Positions 52,206 to 64,000 of a stretch of DNA of 64,000 nucleotides are shown piece by piece. The translations under genes were made by a program, and so were the position numbers. Source of the stretch: Leucoraja erinacea (Eukaryota); assembly GCF_028641065.1 (NCBI RefSeq), contig NC_073415.1:3906001-3970000 (forward strand), written 5' to 3'. How positions within the stretch are numbered: the first letter of the stretch is position 1; every line of letters begins with the position of its first letter. The notes beneath the pieces were generated by a model. It had not been told where the DNA came from and made no database searches. It saw nothing but the letters and a program-made list of their open reading frames with translations.

Positions 52206-52300
52206 TTACTGTTCAGATTAGCATTGCACAGTACAGCTGGGCACAGAGTCTGAGGATGGACACAAAATGCTGGAGTAACGCAACTTGTCAAGCAGCATCT

Positions 52301-53062
52301 AAATGGTGGCCGATTGGGAAAGGGGGAGATGCAGGGAGACCTGGGTGTCATGGTACACCAGTCATTGAAGGTAGGCATGCAGGTGCAGCAGGCAGTAAAG
52401 AAAGCGAATGGTATGTTAGCTTTCATTGCAAAAGGATTTGAGTATAGGAGCAGAGACTTCTACTGCAGTTGTACAGGGTCTTGGTGAGACCACACCTGGA
52501 GTATTGCGTACAGTTTTGGGTCTCCAAATCTGAGGAAGGACATTTTTGCCATAGAGGGAATGCAGAGAAGGTTCACCAGACTGATTACTGGGATGTCAGG
52601 ACTGTCTTATAAAGAAAGACTGGATAGACTTGGTTTATACTCTCTAGAATTTAGAAGATTGAGAGGGGATCTTATAGAAGCTTACAAAATTCTTAAGGGG
52701 TTGGACAGGCTAGATGCAGGAAGATTGTTCCCGATGTTAGGGAAGTCCAGGACAAGGGGTCACAGCTTAAGGATAAAGGGGAAATCCTTTAAAACCGAGA
52801 TGAGAAGAACTTTTTTCACGCAGAGAGTGGTGAATCTCTGGAACTCTCTGCCACAGAGGGTAGTTGAGGCCAATTCATTGGCTATATTTAAGAGGGAGTT
52901 AGATGTGGCCCTTGTGGCTAAGGGGATCAGGGGGTATGGAGAGAAGGCAGGTACGGGATACTGAGTTGGATGATCAGCCATGATCATATTGAATGGCGGT
53001 GCAGGCTCGAAGGGCCGAATGGCCTACTCCTGCACCTAATTTCTATGTTTCTATGTTTCTAT
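52301..53062 (+). mobile_element. Young CR1 3' fragment inserted in a family A fold-back element
   Basis: Host halves 52255-52300 and 53063-53200. Confidence 0.9.
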
Positions 53063-53659
53063 CTCTAGAGAAAAGGAATTGGTGACATTTCGGGTCTTCA
53101 GACTGTCCTTCTCTCCAGCGATGCTGCCTGTCCCGCTGAGTTACGCCGGCTTTTTGTGTCTATCTTCAGTTTAAACCAGCATCTACAGTTCCTTCCTACA
53201 CACACAGTATGAGGAGTTTAGTGATCTCTGCCTGGTTCTGCCTTTGGAAAGCCAGTCAAGTCTCCTAGAGTTTTTCTGCAGTCCATTGCAACATGTCTGA
53301 ATTCTGGAGTTTAGTTTTATGGCCAGTTATTCATTGAGTGGGACATCTGCGTAGATCCAAGATTTAACGGACTTCTTCATAATGGATTTCCACCCTAGCA
53401 GACTGACCTACCGACGTTGCCCGCCCATATGCTCTAATTTTGGCCACTAATCTCCGGCGTGGAACTGTGCGATGAATGGAGAAACCTTTGGGCTGGAGAG
53501 CTGAGTCTGGGGAGTAGGTGGGTGAGCCAATTCGCTGTGAACTAAAGCACACAACATCCCCTCACACCCCTTTGGTGAAAAACTCTTGCTCTTTAGTCCT
53601 CAATCTTATTCTCTAGGGTCTTAATTAAGAGGATGTTGAGTATTGTGTTCAGTTTAGAG

Positions 53660-55238
53660 TATTCTGTTCATTTCTGGGCACCACGTTAAAGGAAAGATGT
53701 TGTCAACTGAGAGGATTTACAAGGATGTTGCCAGGGCTAGAGGGTCTGAGCTATGGGGAGAGGTTGAGTAGGCTAGGACTCTAGTCATTGGAGGGAAGGA
53801 AGATGATGGGTGCCCTTATATAGGTGTATAAAATCATGAGAGGAATAGATTGGGTAGATGCACAGAGTCTCTTGCCCAGTGCAGGTGAATCGAGAACCAG
53901 AGGACATAGGTTTAAGGTGAAGGGGAAAAGATTTAATAGGAATCTGAGGGGTAGATTTTTCACACTATGGGTGGTGGGTGTATGGAACAAGCTGCCAGAG
54001 GGGGTAGTTGAGGCAGGGACTATTGCAACGTTTAAGAATCTGTTAGACAGGTACATGGATAGGACAGGTTTGGAGGGATGTGGACCAAACGCGGGCAGGT
54101 GGGACTAGTGTAGCTGGGACATGTTGGGCAAGTTGGGCCGAAGTTCCCCGATTCCACACTGTATCACTCTATGACTATTTGACTCAAATGTTAGGATGGG
54201 GAGGGGAGGGGGGGGGGGGGGTAGTCTCTGATCCTTTGCCCTCGCAGGCTGCAATGTGGTCAACATTTCTGGGTGCAATGGGAACCTCCCTAGTGTTTCC
54301 AGGTACTGTCCTTACTGTGTCTGCATGCCACACGCTCCACATGGGCTGTCTATGTTAAAAGCATTATTGGGGTAAGAAAGAAATCTAATCTTTCACATCT
54401 GGGCGAGTAAACAATTTAACACTTCCCACTCTCTGGTTACGGGGTAATGTCAAATTAGAATCTAAAAACAAGCTGTACATAGTAAGAATGAAACCAAAAA
54501 ATTGGTATATGTGGAGCCAGTAGCATATAGTAGATGATGAGAATGTAGCGGTTTGTATCATGGACATCGAAACTGCTCTCACTTTATAGTGTTATTTACT
54601 CTTACACTGCCTATATAACAAGAGGAATCGAATATAGGGGCAAAGAGGTCCTTCTGCAGTTGTACAGAGCCCTAGTGAAACCACACCTGGAGTATTGTGT
54701 GCAGTTTTGGTCCCCTAATTTGAGGAAGGACATTCTTGCTATTGAGGGAGTGCAGCGTAGGTTTACAAGGTTAATTCCCGGGATGGCTGGACTGTCACAT
54801 GCTGAGAGAATGGAGTGGCTGGGCTTGTACACTCTGGAGTTTAGAAGGATGAGAGGGTATCTCAATGAAACATATAAGATTGTTAAGGGCTTGGACACAC
54901 TAGAGGCAGGAAATATGTTCCAGATGTTGGGGGAGTCCAGAACCAGGGGCCACAGTTTAAGAATAAGGAGTAAGCCATTTAGAACGGAGATGAGGAAACA
55001 CTTTTTCTCACAGAGAGTTGTGAGTCTGTGGAATTCTCTGCCTGGTGGAGGCAGGTTCTCTGGATGCTTTCAAGAGAGAGCTAGATAGGGCTTTTAAAAA
55101 TAGCGGAGTCGGGGGATATGGGGAGAAGGCAGGAACGGGGTACTGAATGGGGATGATCAGCCATGATCACATTGAATGGCGGTGCTGGCTCGATGGCCAA
55201 ATGGCCTACTCCTGCACCTGTTGCCTATTATCTATTGA
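53660..55238 (+). mobile_element. Two CR1 3' fragments (53660-54176 older; 54610-55238)
   Basis: ORFs 53824-54108 and 54660-55088. Confidence 0.85.
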
Positions 55239-55714
55239 CTGTAATATTTTCTCGCTTAATCAACTTCCACGGAGGTTTCTGTTTCTGCCTCAGTAACCTC
55301 AGAAACAATGCTCCCTACATTCTTGCAGCTTGTGTAGGTGGCAAGAATGTGTTTTGAAATATCTCCCATTCTGTTTAAACCAAGGTTGTGTCCCTCGTGT
55401 TCTGGATCAGGTACATGGATAGAAAAGGTTTAGTGGGATATGAGCGACATATGTGGGAGGTAGGACTAGTGTAGATCGGGCATTTTGGTCAGTACTGGCA
55501 AGTTGGGCTGAAGGACCTGCATTCGTGCTGTATGATCCTATGAAAGAGAAGAGAATCAAATAATTATATAGTCATACAGGCCCTTTGGCCCAACTGGTCA
55601 TCAAAGAGAGGAATTATTCTTTAAAAAAGACACAACGTTTTGGAGTAACTCAATGGGTCAGGCAACATCTCTGGGCCCTTCTTCTGAAGAGAGGAATTCT
55701 TCTTGTCATTACTT

Positions 55715-57200
55715 TTAGTTTTTAGAGATAGAGCATGGAAACAGGCCCTTCGGCCCTCCTAGTCCTCACCGACCAACGATCCCCACACATTAACACTATC
55801 CATGCCTTTGGAGTGTGGGAGGAAACCGAAGATCTGGAAGAAAACTCACGCAGGTCACGGGGAGAACGTACAAACTCCATACAGGCAAGCACCCGTAGTC
55901 AGGATCGAACCCAGGACCCGGGGCTCTGGCGCTGTAAGGCAGCAACTGTACCACTGTGCCACCATGATATGACCTTCCCCCCTATATCACCAGCTGAGTA
56001 AATGCCCACCCAGTCCAGAACAAAATCCCACAGAAGTCTTGACATCCTCCACAACCTCCAACATTGAACTCGGCAAATCCCAGGGGTATTTCGAAACAGG
56101 ACGGTTTGGTTTTGTAGGATTTGAACTGAAGGAAATGTTGACACATCCATGACTCCTGCCTTTAATTTGTGCCACAGGAATTGCCATCATTTTGTGGTAC
56201 GTGATTTCCTGCTCATCTACAGCCAGCTATTAGTGGCAATGCATTTTCTAATACCACGCTGTTTCACCACAACAACCCCGCCCATGCTCTGGACAATCAT
56301 AGTTACATTTCCCCAGATACCCGCCTCCTTACTGCATCCTTTCTCCCACCACCTAGGCAGGAGGTTGACTGCTAAAGTACCATTTGGGGGAAATGGGCGA
56401 TCCTAAAAGTCCTGGAAGAATGAACGAAAAACATTTATTTAAAAGATGAGGCTACAACATGTTGTGGTACAAATGGACTTGGTGTTCCTCGTACATGCAA
56501 CACAAAAGGTTAATAGATGCAATAGTCAATAGGTGCAGGAGTAGGCCATTCGACCCTTCAAGCCAACACCACCATTCATTGTGATCATGGCTGATCATCC
56601 ACATTCATTACCCCGATCCTGCCTTCTCCCCATATCCCTTGACTCCGCTATCTTTAAGAGCTCTATCTAACTCTCTCTTGAAAGTATCCAGAGAATTGGC
56701 CTCCACTGCCTTCTGAGGCAGAGAATTACACAGATTCACAACTCTCTGGGTGAAAATGTTTTTCCTCATCTCCGTTCTAAATGGCCTACCCCTTATTCTA
56801 ATACTGTGGCCCCTGGTTTTGGACTCCCCCCAACTTTGGGAACATGTTTCCTGCCTCTAACATGTCCAATCTTTAATAATCTTATATGTTTCAATAAGAT
56901 CACCTCTAATCCTAAATTTCACAGTATACAATACAATACAACACAATACAATTTATACAATATATTTGTTGTCATTTGAACCCAGAGGTTCAAACAAAAT
57001 TTGGTTTATGCAGTCATACAAACAAGTAGAAGAACCAAGACACAACACAATTTTCACAAACACAAATTTACAAACCCAGCTACTCCATTCTATCAACCTA
57101 TGACAGTCCCACCATCCCAGGAATTAACCTTGTGAATCTATGCTGCTCTCCCTCAATAGCAAGAATGTCCTTCCTCAAATTTGGAGACAAAAACTGCACA
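55715..57200 (-). mobile_element. HE1 SINE (55715-55965) and CR1 fragment (56520-57200, with a small nested insertion)
   Basis: Reverse-complement diagnostic motifs. Confidence 0.75.
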
Positions 57201-57719
57201 CTGGACCATCCTTCCACCAAGGAGAGAGCAGTCCTGAACCTCAATGGAGACCCACTTTAATCAAATTTTACCTTGCACTACACATCATTCCGTTTATCTG
57301 AGCACTGTGGGCGGCTCGATTGTGATTATGTACAGTCTTTCCGCTGACTAATTAGCACGCTGCAAAGAAGCTTTTCACTGTGCCTCGGTACATGTGACAA
57401 TAAACTAAACTGAACCAAATCTAAACTAAAGATAGACACAAAATGCTGGAGTAAATCAACGGGTCAGGCAACATGTCTGGGAGAAAGAAAATAGGTGACG
57501 TTTCAGGTCAAGGCTCTTCTTCAGACCCTATAATACTAAACTAATTGTCTGCTATGAACTGCCCATGTGGGTAAGGTAGAATCTAAGGGGGAGTTGCTGA
57601 GATAATTTTAAAAATAGGATTTATGTAGGCGTAAATATAAATAATGCAATTGGCAGGGGGCCTGTTTGTGTACTTCATCTCTCTATGATCCCATGACATA
57701 ATCTAAAATGAAATTGCTT

Positions 57720-57965
57720 ACTTCCTAGAGTGTTTACTTTTGGGCAGAAAGCTCTATTTAAAACGGGGCCGGGATTTGGAGCTCTGGAAAAGGCGTGTGC
57801 ATTGGTTGCTGTGGATCCTGAAGGTTACGTCGTGCGCTTTGTTCCAGATGTGGCAATTTGGAGAGAGTCCCTAAGCCATCTCGGCATCGGACTCTCGCAA
57901 TTAGAATCGTTCAACTCAAAGCCGGAGGAGGATTTGACTGCGGCGCTGGGGAGTCAACTTTTAAT
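57720..57965 (+). promoter_or_regulatory. Candidate promoter and non-coding first exon of the next gene (possibly KANK2)
   Basis: TE-free, CpG-enriched island; TGTTTAC at 57731, TATTTAAAA at 57755, AAT|GTAAGT donor at 57965/57966. Confidence 0.4.
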
Positions 57966-58240
57966 GTAAGTCGTGGAAGTTTTAAAAGTACCGTTTGTTT
58001 CGAAGCAAATTAATACGTGAATGTATTCAGAGCTTTGCAATAACTTTAAGAAGCATTGTTGATATTAAACATTTGTGCCTTTGATGTTTTGAATGAACGT
58101 GGGATGTTTACAGTCAGAATCTCGGGACGTATCTTTGCAAATAGCAGCCGACTAGTTCCCCAAACATTAAACTGTATGTCTAAAGTGGCTGGCCGATCTA
58201 TTTGGAGTTAAACGAATGCTCTTTCTGGATATAATTTAGA

Positions 58241-58242
<2 letters not shown>

Positions 58243-58273
<31 letters not shown>
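58243..58273 (+). repeat. Poly-G tract (31 nt)
   Basis: Direct observation. Confidence 0.9.
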
Positions 58274-58274
<1 letters not shown>

Positions 58275-58689
58275 GTTTTGCACCAAGAAAAAGTGTTTTG
58301 GGACGAAATTAGACTCCTCGTCCTCCCTCGACAGACGGGGACGTGGTCGATATTCCCAACTGAATGGTCGGAAGTCGTTGGGGAAACAGGGTCAGCCGGA
58401 CTAACTGAACCCAACGGTGATGGAAATAGGAGCAGTCGCCAGAGAACAGAGTCCGAGCAATCCCAAACACCCCACCCAGGGCTGGGAGGAAAGACTTCAC
58501 TTTTGTTTTCAAACCTGCCCTGAATTCTCGTTTGGTTTTAGATGTCAGTTTGAACAATCGTGCTGCATTTGAGCCAAACTCTCCCCGGAGTTCACAGGAA
58601 TCGCCTTTGTTGTCCCCGTGTTTGGTTTCCGAAACAAATCGTTTGATATTTCTTTCATTTTTATTTTTCACTCTCCGATCTCCTTTAGT

Positions 58690-60040
58690 CATAGATTCAC
58701 AGAGCGTTGCATCATATAAACAGGTCATTCGGCCCACCTTGTTCATGCCGACCAAATTGAATGTTTGCCTTTTGCATTTCATGTTGGCCCCTAGCCCTCT
58801 AAACCCTTCGTATCCATGAGTAGGAAGGAACTGCAGATGCTGGTTTAAACCGAAGATGCTGGAGTAACTCAGCTGGACAGGCAGCATCTCTGGAGGGAAG
58901 GAAGGGGTGAGTCTGGGGAAACGTCACCCATTCCTTCTCTCTAGAGATGCTGCCTGTCCCGCTGAATTACGCCAGCATTTTGTGCTTTCCTATCCATGTA
59001 CTTGTTCGAATGTCTTTTAAAAGTCACAATTGTATCTAATGTTATAGCTTCCTCTGGCAGCTGATTCCAGATACGGATTACCCTCTGGTTGAACAAGCTG
59101 CCCCTGAGGTCTCTCTTCAGTCTCTCTCCTCTCGCCTTAAGCCTGTGTCCTCTAGTTGTAGAACTCTCTACTCCGGGGGGGAAAGACTGTGAGCGTTCAC
59201 TTTATCCATGCCCATTATAATCGTGTACACCTCAATAAGGTCACACCTCCGCCTCCTACACTACAAAGAAAAAAGCCCCAGCCTATCCAACTTCCCCCTT
59301 CAACTCAAGCCCACAAACCCTGGTAACATCCAGGTGAATCTTTTCTGCATCCTTTCCAAATACTTCACCAGGTTAATTCCCGGGATGGCATGGCTGACAT
59401 ATGATGGAAGAATGGATCAACTGTGCTTAATATTCACTGGAATTTAGAAGGATGAGTGGGAATCTCATAGAAACATATGAAAGAGTTGTGAATCTGGGGA
59501 ATTCTCAGCCACCGAAGGCAGTGGAGGCCAATTCACTGGATGTTTTCAAAAGAGAATTAGATATAGCTCTCAGAGCTAATGGAATCGAGGAATATGGGGA
59601 GAAAGCAGGACCGGGATACAGATTTAGGATCATATTGAAAGGCGAATATTGAATAATGAAACCCCTTACAAAATTCTTAAGGAGTTGGACAGGCTAGATG
59701 CAGGAAGATTGTTCCTGATGTTGGGGAAGTCCAGAACAAGGGGTCACAGTTTAAGGATAAGGGGGAAGTCTTTTAGGACCGAGATGAGAAAAACATTTTT
59801 TACACAGAGAGTAGTGAATCTGTGGAATTCTCTGCCACAGAAGGTAGTTGAGGCCACAGTTCATTGGCTATATTTAAGAGGGAGTTAGATGTGGCCCTTG
59901 TGGCTAAAGGGATCAGGGGGTATGGAGAGAAGGCAGGTACAGGATACTGAGTTGGATGATCAGCCATGATCATATTGAATGGCGGTGCAGGCTCGAAGGG
60001 CTGAATGGCCTACTCCTGTGCACATTTTCTATGTTTCTAT
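58690..60040. mobile_element. CR1 cluster (minus 58690-59360 with a nested fold-back at 58820-58985; plus 59363-60040)
   Basis: CR1 ORF2 peptides and tails. Confidence 0.78.
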
Positions 60041-61296
60041 GGCATTGCTGGCTCGAAGGGCCGAATGGCCTCCTCCTGCAATTACCTTCTATGTTTGGTA
60101 TCATATTTTCAGCTGAGAGTTCCTCTTCCATGTTCTCAAGAGAACGAGGTTTTGCTCCTCAAATTCTCCTCACAGCTCGTTCAACATGCCACAAGTGTCG
60201 AGTCGGTACATTTGTGGTGGGATGAATGTTAACCAGAGGGCGAGGAACTCCCTTTGTATCTTCAGGCTGTTTTGGACTGAACAACTATTGGCACACTGTG
60301 GCCGTGACTGTTTACTGAAGTCTTCTCATAACATCTGACTCCCCTCGCTCTGACACAATGATAGGAACGACACAAAACTGCCGAGCCATCACATTTCCAA
60401 TGTCTTATCTCGTTTAATACTGGAGCCCACTGAAAGCACAGAAGAAGGCCATGATACCCACCAGGCACAAAGTTCTGCATAGAGTTATGGAGTTAAACAC
60501 CGTGGAAACAGCCCAATTTGCCCACACTGCCCAACATGTCCCAGCTACACTAGCCCCACCTGCCTGCATATCCCTCCAAACCTGTCCTATCCATGTCCCT
60601 TGCAGAGACAAGGACTTAAGACTTTTGGCTTCCATCACAGTGAGTGGGCCTGGTGGGCTCACTGTAGTGGATGTTAAATATGTGTTTATTGTGTGATTTG
60701 TTATTTTTATTCTATGTCACGACTGCAAGGCATGAAATTTCGTTCAGACTGAAAAGTCTGAATGACAATAAGGGATACTTGACTTGACTTGACTTGACTT
60801 GACTTGACTTGAGATGCTAGTTCAGTCGGAACAAGATTCTCGTCCCGAAAAATCACCTATTCCTTTTCTCCAGAGACGTTATCTGACCTGCAGAGTTACT
60901 CCTCCAGTTTGCATCTATCTTAGGCACAAAGCCCTTCTTTTCACTGCTTCCAATGCATGAATAAATTCTCGGTGATCAGATCTGGGTACAGAGAGCAAGT
61001 TATAATTTGACCACAGTAAGGTTTAGGCAGGGATTTCCCAACCTTGTGCTCCAGTGAATGAACTGTGTAGTTTCGTGTCCAATTTGTGATGTTGAACGAC
61101 TGGTTTAATTACGTTTAACACAGATGCAGCTGTAACACTACAATCGGAAAAGAAAGACACAAAAAGCTGGAGTAACTCAGCGGGCCAGGTGATGTTGCAT
61201 ATGCTGGGAATAAATTCCTGATCTTCCAATCTACCTCATTACGAACCTCGTACTTTTTTACCTGCAATTTCTCTGCATTTGTAATACTACAATCAG

Positions 61297-61478
61297 GAAA
61301 GATAGACACAAAAAGCTGGAGTAACTCAGCAGGACAGGTGATGTTTTAGGTCGAGACCCTTCTTCATACAACGATCACCCATTCCTTCTCTCTAGAGATG
61401 CTGCCTGTCCCGCTGAGTTACTTCAGCTTTTTGTGTCTATCTTTGGTTTAAACCAGCATCTGCAGTTCCTTCTTACAC
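61297..61478 (+). mobile_element. Family A fold-back insertion
   Basis: 11-bp TSD actacaatcag at 61286 and 61479. Confidence 0.75.
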
Positions 61479-62561
61479 ACTACAATCAGCAATTTGTTTG
61501 TTTCCTCTTTGGCACTTCCTGAGGCACTCAAATATATTAGGAATTGAACTTTAGTACATGCAGCGATAATAAACCGATAGCAACACTATAACTGAATGTA
61601 AAGATAGCCATGCACTGCTTTTGATTTTAGTTTGTTTAAGAAATACCAGCGTGGAAATAGGCCTGTCGACCCAACGAGTCCGCACCAACCTACAATACCT
61701 GCGCACAAACACTCTCCTACACACTACAGACAATTTACAATTTTGCAAAGTCAATTAACCTACAAACCTGCACGTCTTTGGAGTGTGGGAGGAAACTGGA
61801 GAAAACCCATACAGGACAATAGACAATAGGTGCAGGAGTAGGCCATTCGGCCCTTCAAGCAAGCACTGCCATTCACTGTAATCATGGCTGATCATCCAAA
61901 ATCAGTACCCCTCCCCATATCCCTTGGCTCCACCATCACCATGAGAACGTGCAAACTCCTTACAGACAGTAACTCCGCCACTGTGCCGCAATATTTCTTA
62001 CATTTTTTATGAATAAAATTTATTATTGATATTAAATAATCCATTCCCATTGAATATTCCCAGAGATTTTTTATTTCCCTGAATTTATTTTCATTTCTGA
62101 CCTTGCATTTCTTCCCTCTTCCCATTTTGGAATTATGTGCAGAATTTGAGAGAAGGGAGTCCTTTTGAAAAGTAGAGCTCATTAAAATCCATTTTCCTCT
62201 TCAGAGCCTATTTACTCAATTGCATAGATCAATATCTCGTGATTATCTGACTAATGAGACAGGGTTTCTTTGATCAGCGATGCTGAAACCAGCTTCAGTA
62301 GCTGCTGTGTTGTTGCTATTCTCTCCCTGCCTGCATTGTCACTGCATTGGCTGTCCGTTCTTCCACTGAATCGAACTACCAAATCAGTGAACTCTCTTTT
62401 GGAGGAGTTTGAGGAAGCTACTGTAATTATAGAGTGGTTGAGCTGTACAGCAACAAAACAGTCCCTTCAGCCCACCTTGTCCATGCTGGCATATTGCTGG
62501 CTAAAGATAGACACAAAATGCTGGAGTAACTCAGCGGGACAGGCAGCATCTCTAGAATGAA

Positions 62562-62930
62562 GTGTTCAAGAAGGAACTGTAGATGCTGGAAGATCGAAGG
62601 TACACAAAGTTGCTGGAGAAGCTCAGCGGGAGCAGCAGCATCTATGGAGCGAAGAAAATAGGCGACGTTTCGGGCCAAAACCTTTCTTCAGACTGATTGG
62701 GGGTGGGAGGGGAGAAGGAAGGAAAAAGGGGAGGAGGAGGAGCCCGAGTGCGGGGGGGTGGGAGGAGACAGCTCGAGGGTTAAGGAAGGGGAGGAGACAG
62801 CAAGGGCTAGCAAAATTGGGAGAATTCAACATTCATACCATCAGGATGCAAGCTGCCCAGGCGGAATATGAGGTGCTGTTCCTCCAATTTCCGGTGTTGC
62901 TCACTCTGGCAATGGAGGAGACCCAGGACA
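62562..62930 (-). mobile_element. Penelope-like element 3' end nested in a family A fold-back
   Basis: Reverse complement of the 46617-47030 element; host halves about 62503-62556 and 62931-63058. Confidence 0.82.
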
Positions 62931-63092
62931 TTTCGGGTGAAGACCCTTCTTCAGACTGCCCGACCTGAAACGTCACCCATTCCTTCTCTCCAGAGATGCT
63001 GCCTGTCCTGCTGAGTTACTCCAGCATTTTGTGTCTATATTTGGTGAAGCCAGCATCTGGCATATTAAGTTATTTGTATTTGTGGCCCTAGG

Positions 63093-63698
63093 ATCAGGGA
63101 GGTTCTACTGCAGTTGTACAGGGTCTTGGTGAGACCACACCTGGAGTATTGCGTACAGTTTTGGTCTCCAAATCTGAGGACGGACATTATTGCCATAGAG
63201 GGAGTGCAGAGAAGGTTCACCAGACTGATTCCTGGGATGTCAGGACTTTCATATGAAGAAAGACTGGATAGACTCGGCTTGTACTCGCTAGAATTTAGGA
63301 GATTGAGGGGGGGATCTTATAGAAACTTACAAAATTCTTAAGGGGTTGGACAGGCTAGATGCAGGAAGATTGTTCCCGATGTTGGGGAAGTCCAGAATAA
63401 GGTCACAGTTTAAGGATAAGGGGGAAATCTTTTAGGACCGAGATGAGAAAAACTTTTTTCACACAGAGAGTATTGAATCTGTGGAACTCTCTGCCACAGA
63501 AGGTAGTTGAGGCCAGTTCATTTGCTATATTTAAGAGGGAGTTAGATGTGGCCCTTGTGGCTAAAGGGATCAGGGGGTATGGAGAGAAGGTAGGGATGGG
63601 ATACTGAGTTGGATGATCAGCCATGATTATATTGAATGGCGGTGCAGGCTCGAAGGGCCGAATGGCCTACTCCTGCACCTATTTTCTATGTTTCTATG
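63093..63698 (+). mobile_element. Young CR1 3' fragment
   Basis: ORF 63114-63341 plus tail. Confidence 0.9.
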
Positions 63699-64000
63699 TT
63701 ACCCTTCCTATCCATACATCTACCCAGATGTCTTTTTGGACTATTGTAGCATTTGTATTTAGTTTTAATTTGAGTTTAATTGGATTCCAAGTAAATACCT
63801 TTCACTGTTACTTTTGATCAGAGTGTGTTATGATTTTAGCGGTGAGGTCAGTTCTACAAGAGTGCATAATCACGACATGCTATTTCCATCTATCAGTAAC
63901 AACTCTGTAAACTTGACATTCTCATAAGATACGGGGCTGTTAGTGGAAACGGCTTTTTTTCTACGAGGCTACATATTCCGTGGGAGACTGAAATGTCAAA

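Noticed and set aside
58208-58887. Poly-proline and 192-aa minus-strand ORFs
   Set aside because: Derived from the poly-G run and TE fragments; no domain or splice support

Overview
Eukaryotic (vertebrate) genomic DNA. The repeat content (HE1-type V-SINEs, HER1/CR1-type LINE tails, Penelope derivatives) points to a cartilaginous fish, probably a skate or ray (inference). Bases 374-39849 (+) hold the last 21 coding exons of a DOCK-C family Rac/Cdc42 GEF, best matching DOCK6. These exons include the whole DHR2 domain and a 15-nt SSGWE microexon. I read the GT-AG boundaries and phases by eye and they join into one open frame. A TE-poor 3' UTR candidate of about 3.9 kb follows, then a repeat-dense intergenic region. 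Near 57.7-58.0 kb there is a candidate promoter and non-coding first exon, possibly KANK2 by synteny. Most ORFs in the supplied track are fragments of CR1, Rex1/Babar or Penelope elements, or are spurious. The most interesting signal is a very abundant family of short, non-coding Penelope-derived insertions. They are often fold-back, are flanked by 10-15 bp target-site duplications, and carry a hammerhead-ribozyme-like core at the hairpin centre. Other notable items are the microexon with tandem acceptors, a bipartite RTE-derived SINE-like element, a CORE-like SINE and PIF/Harbinger-like MITEs. Family names come from recognising sequence by memory, not from database searches. Repeat boundaries are approximate.
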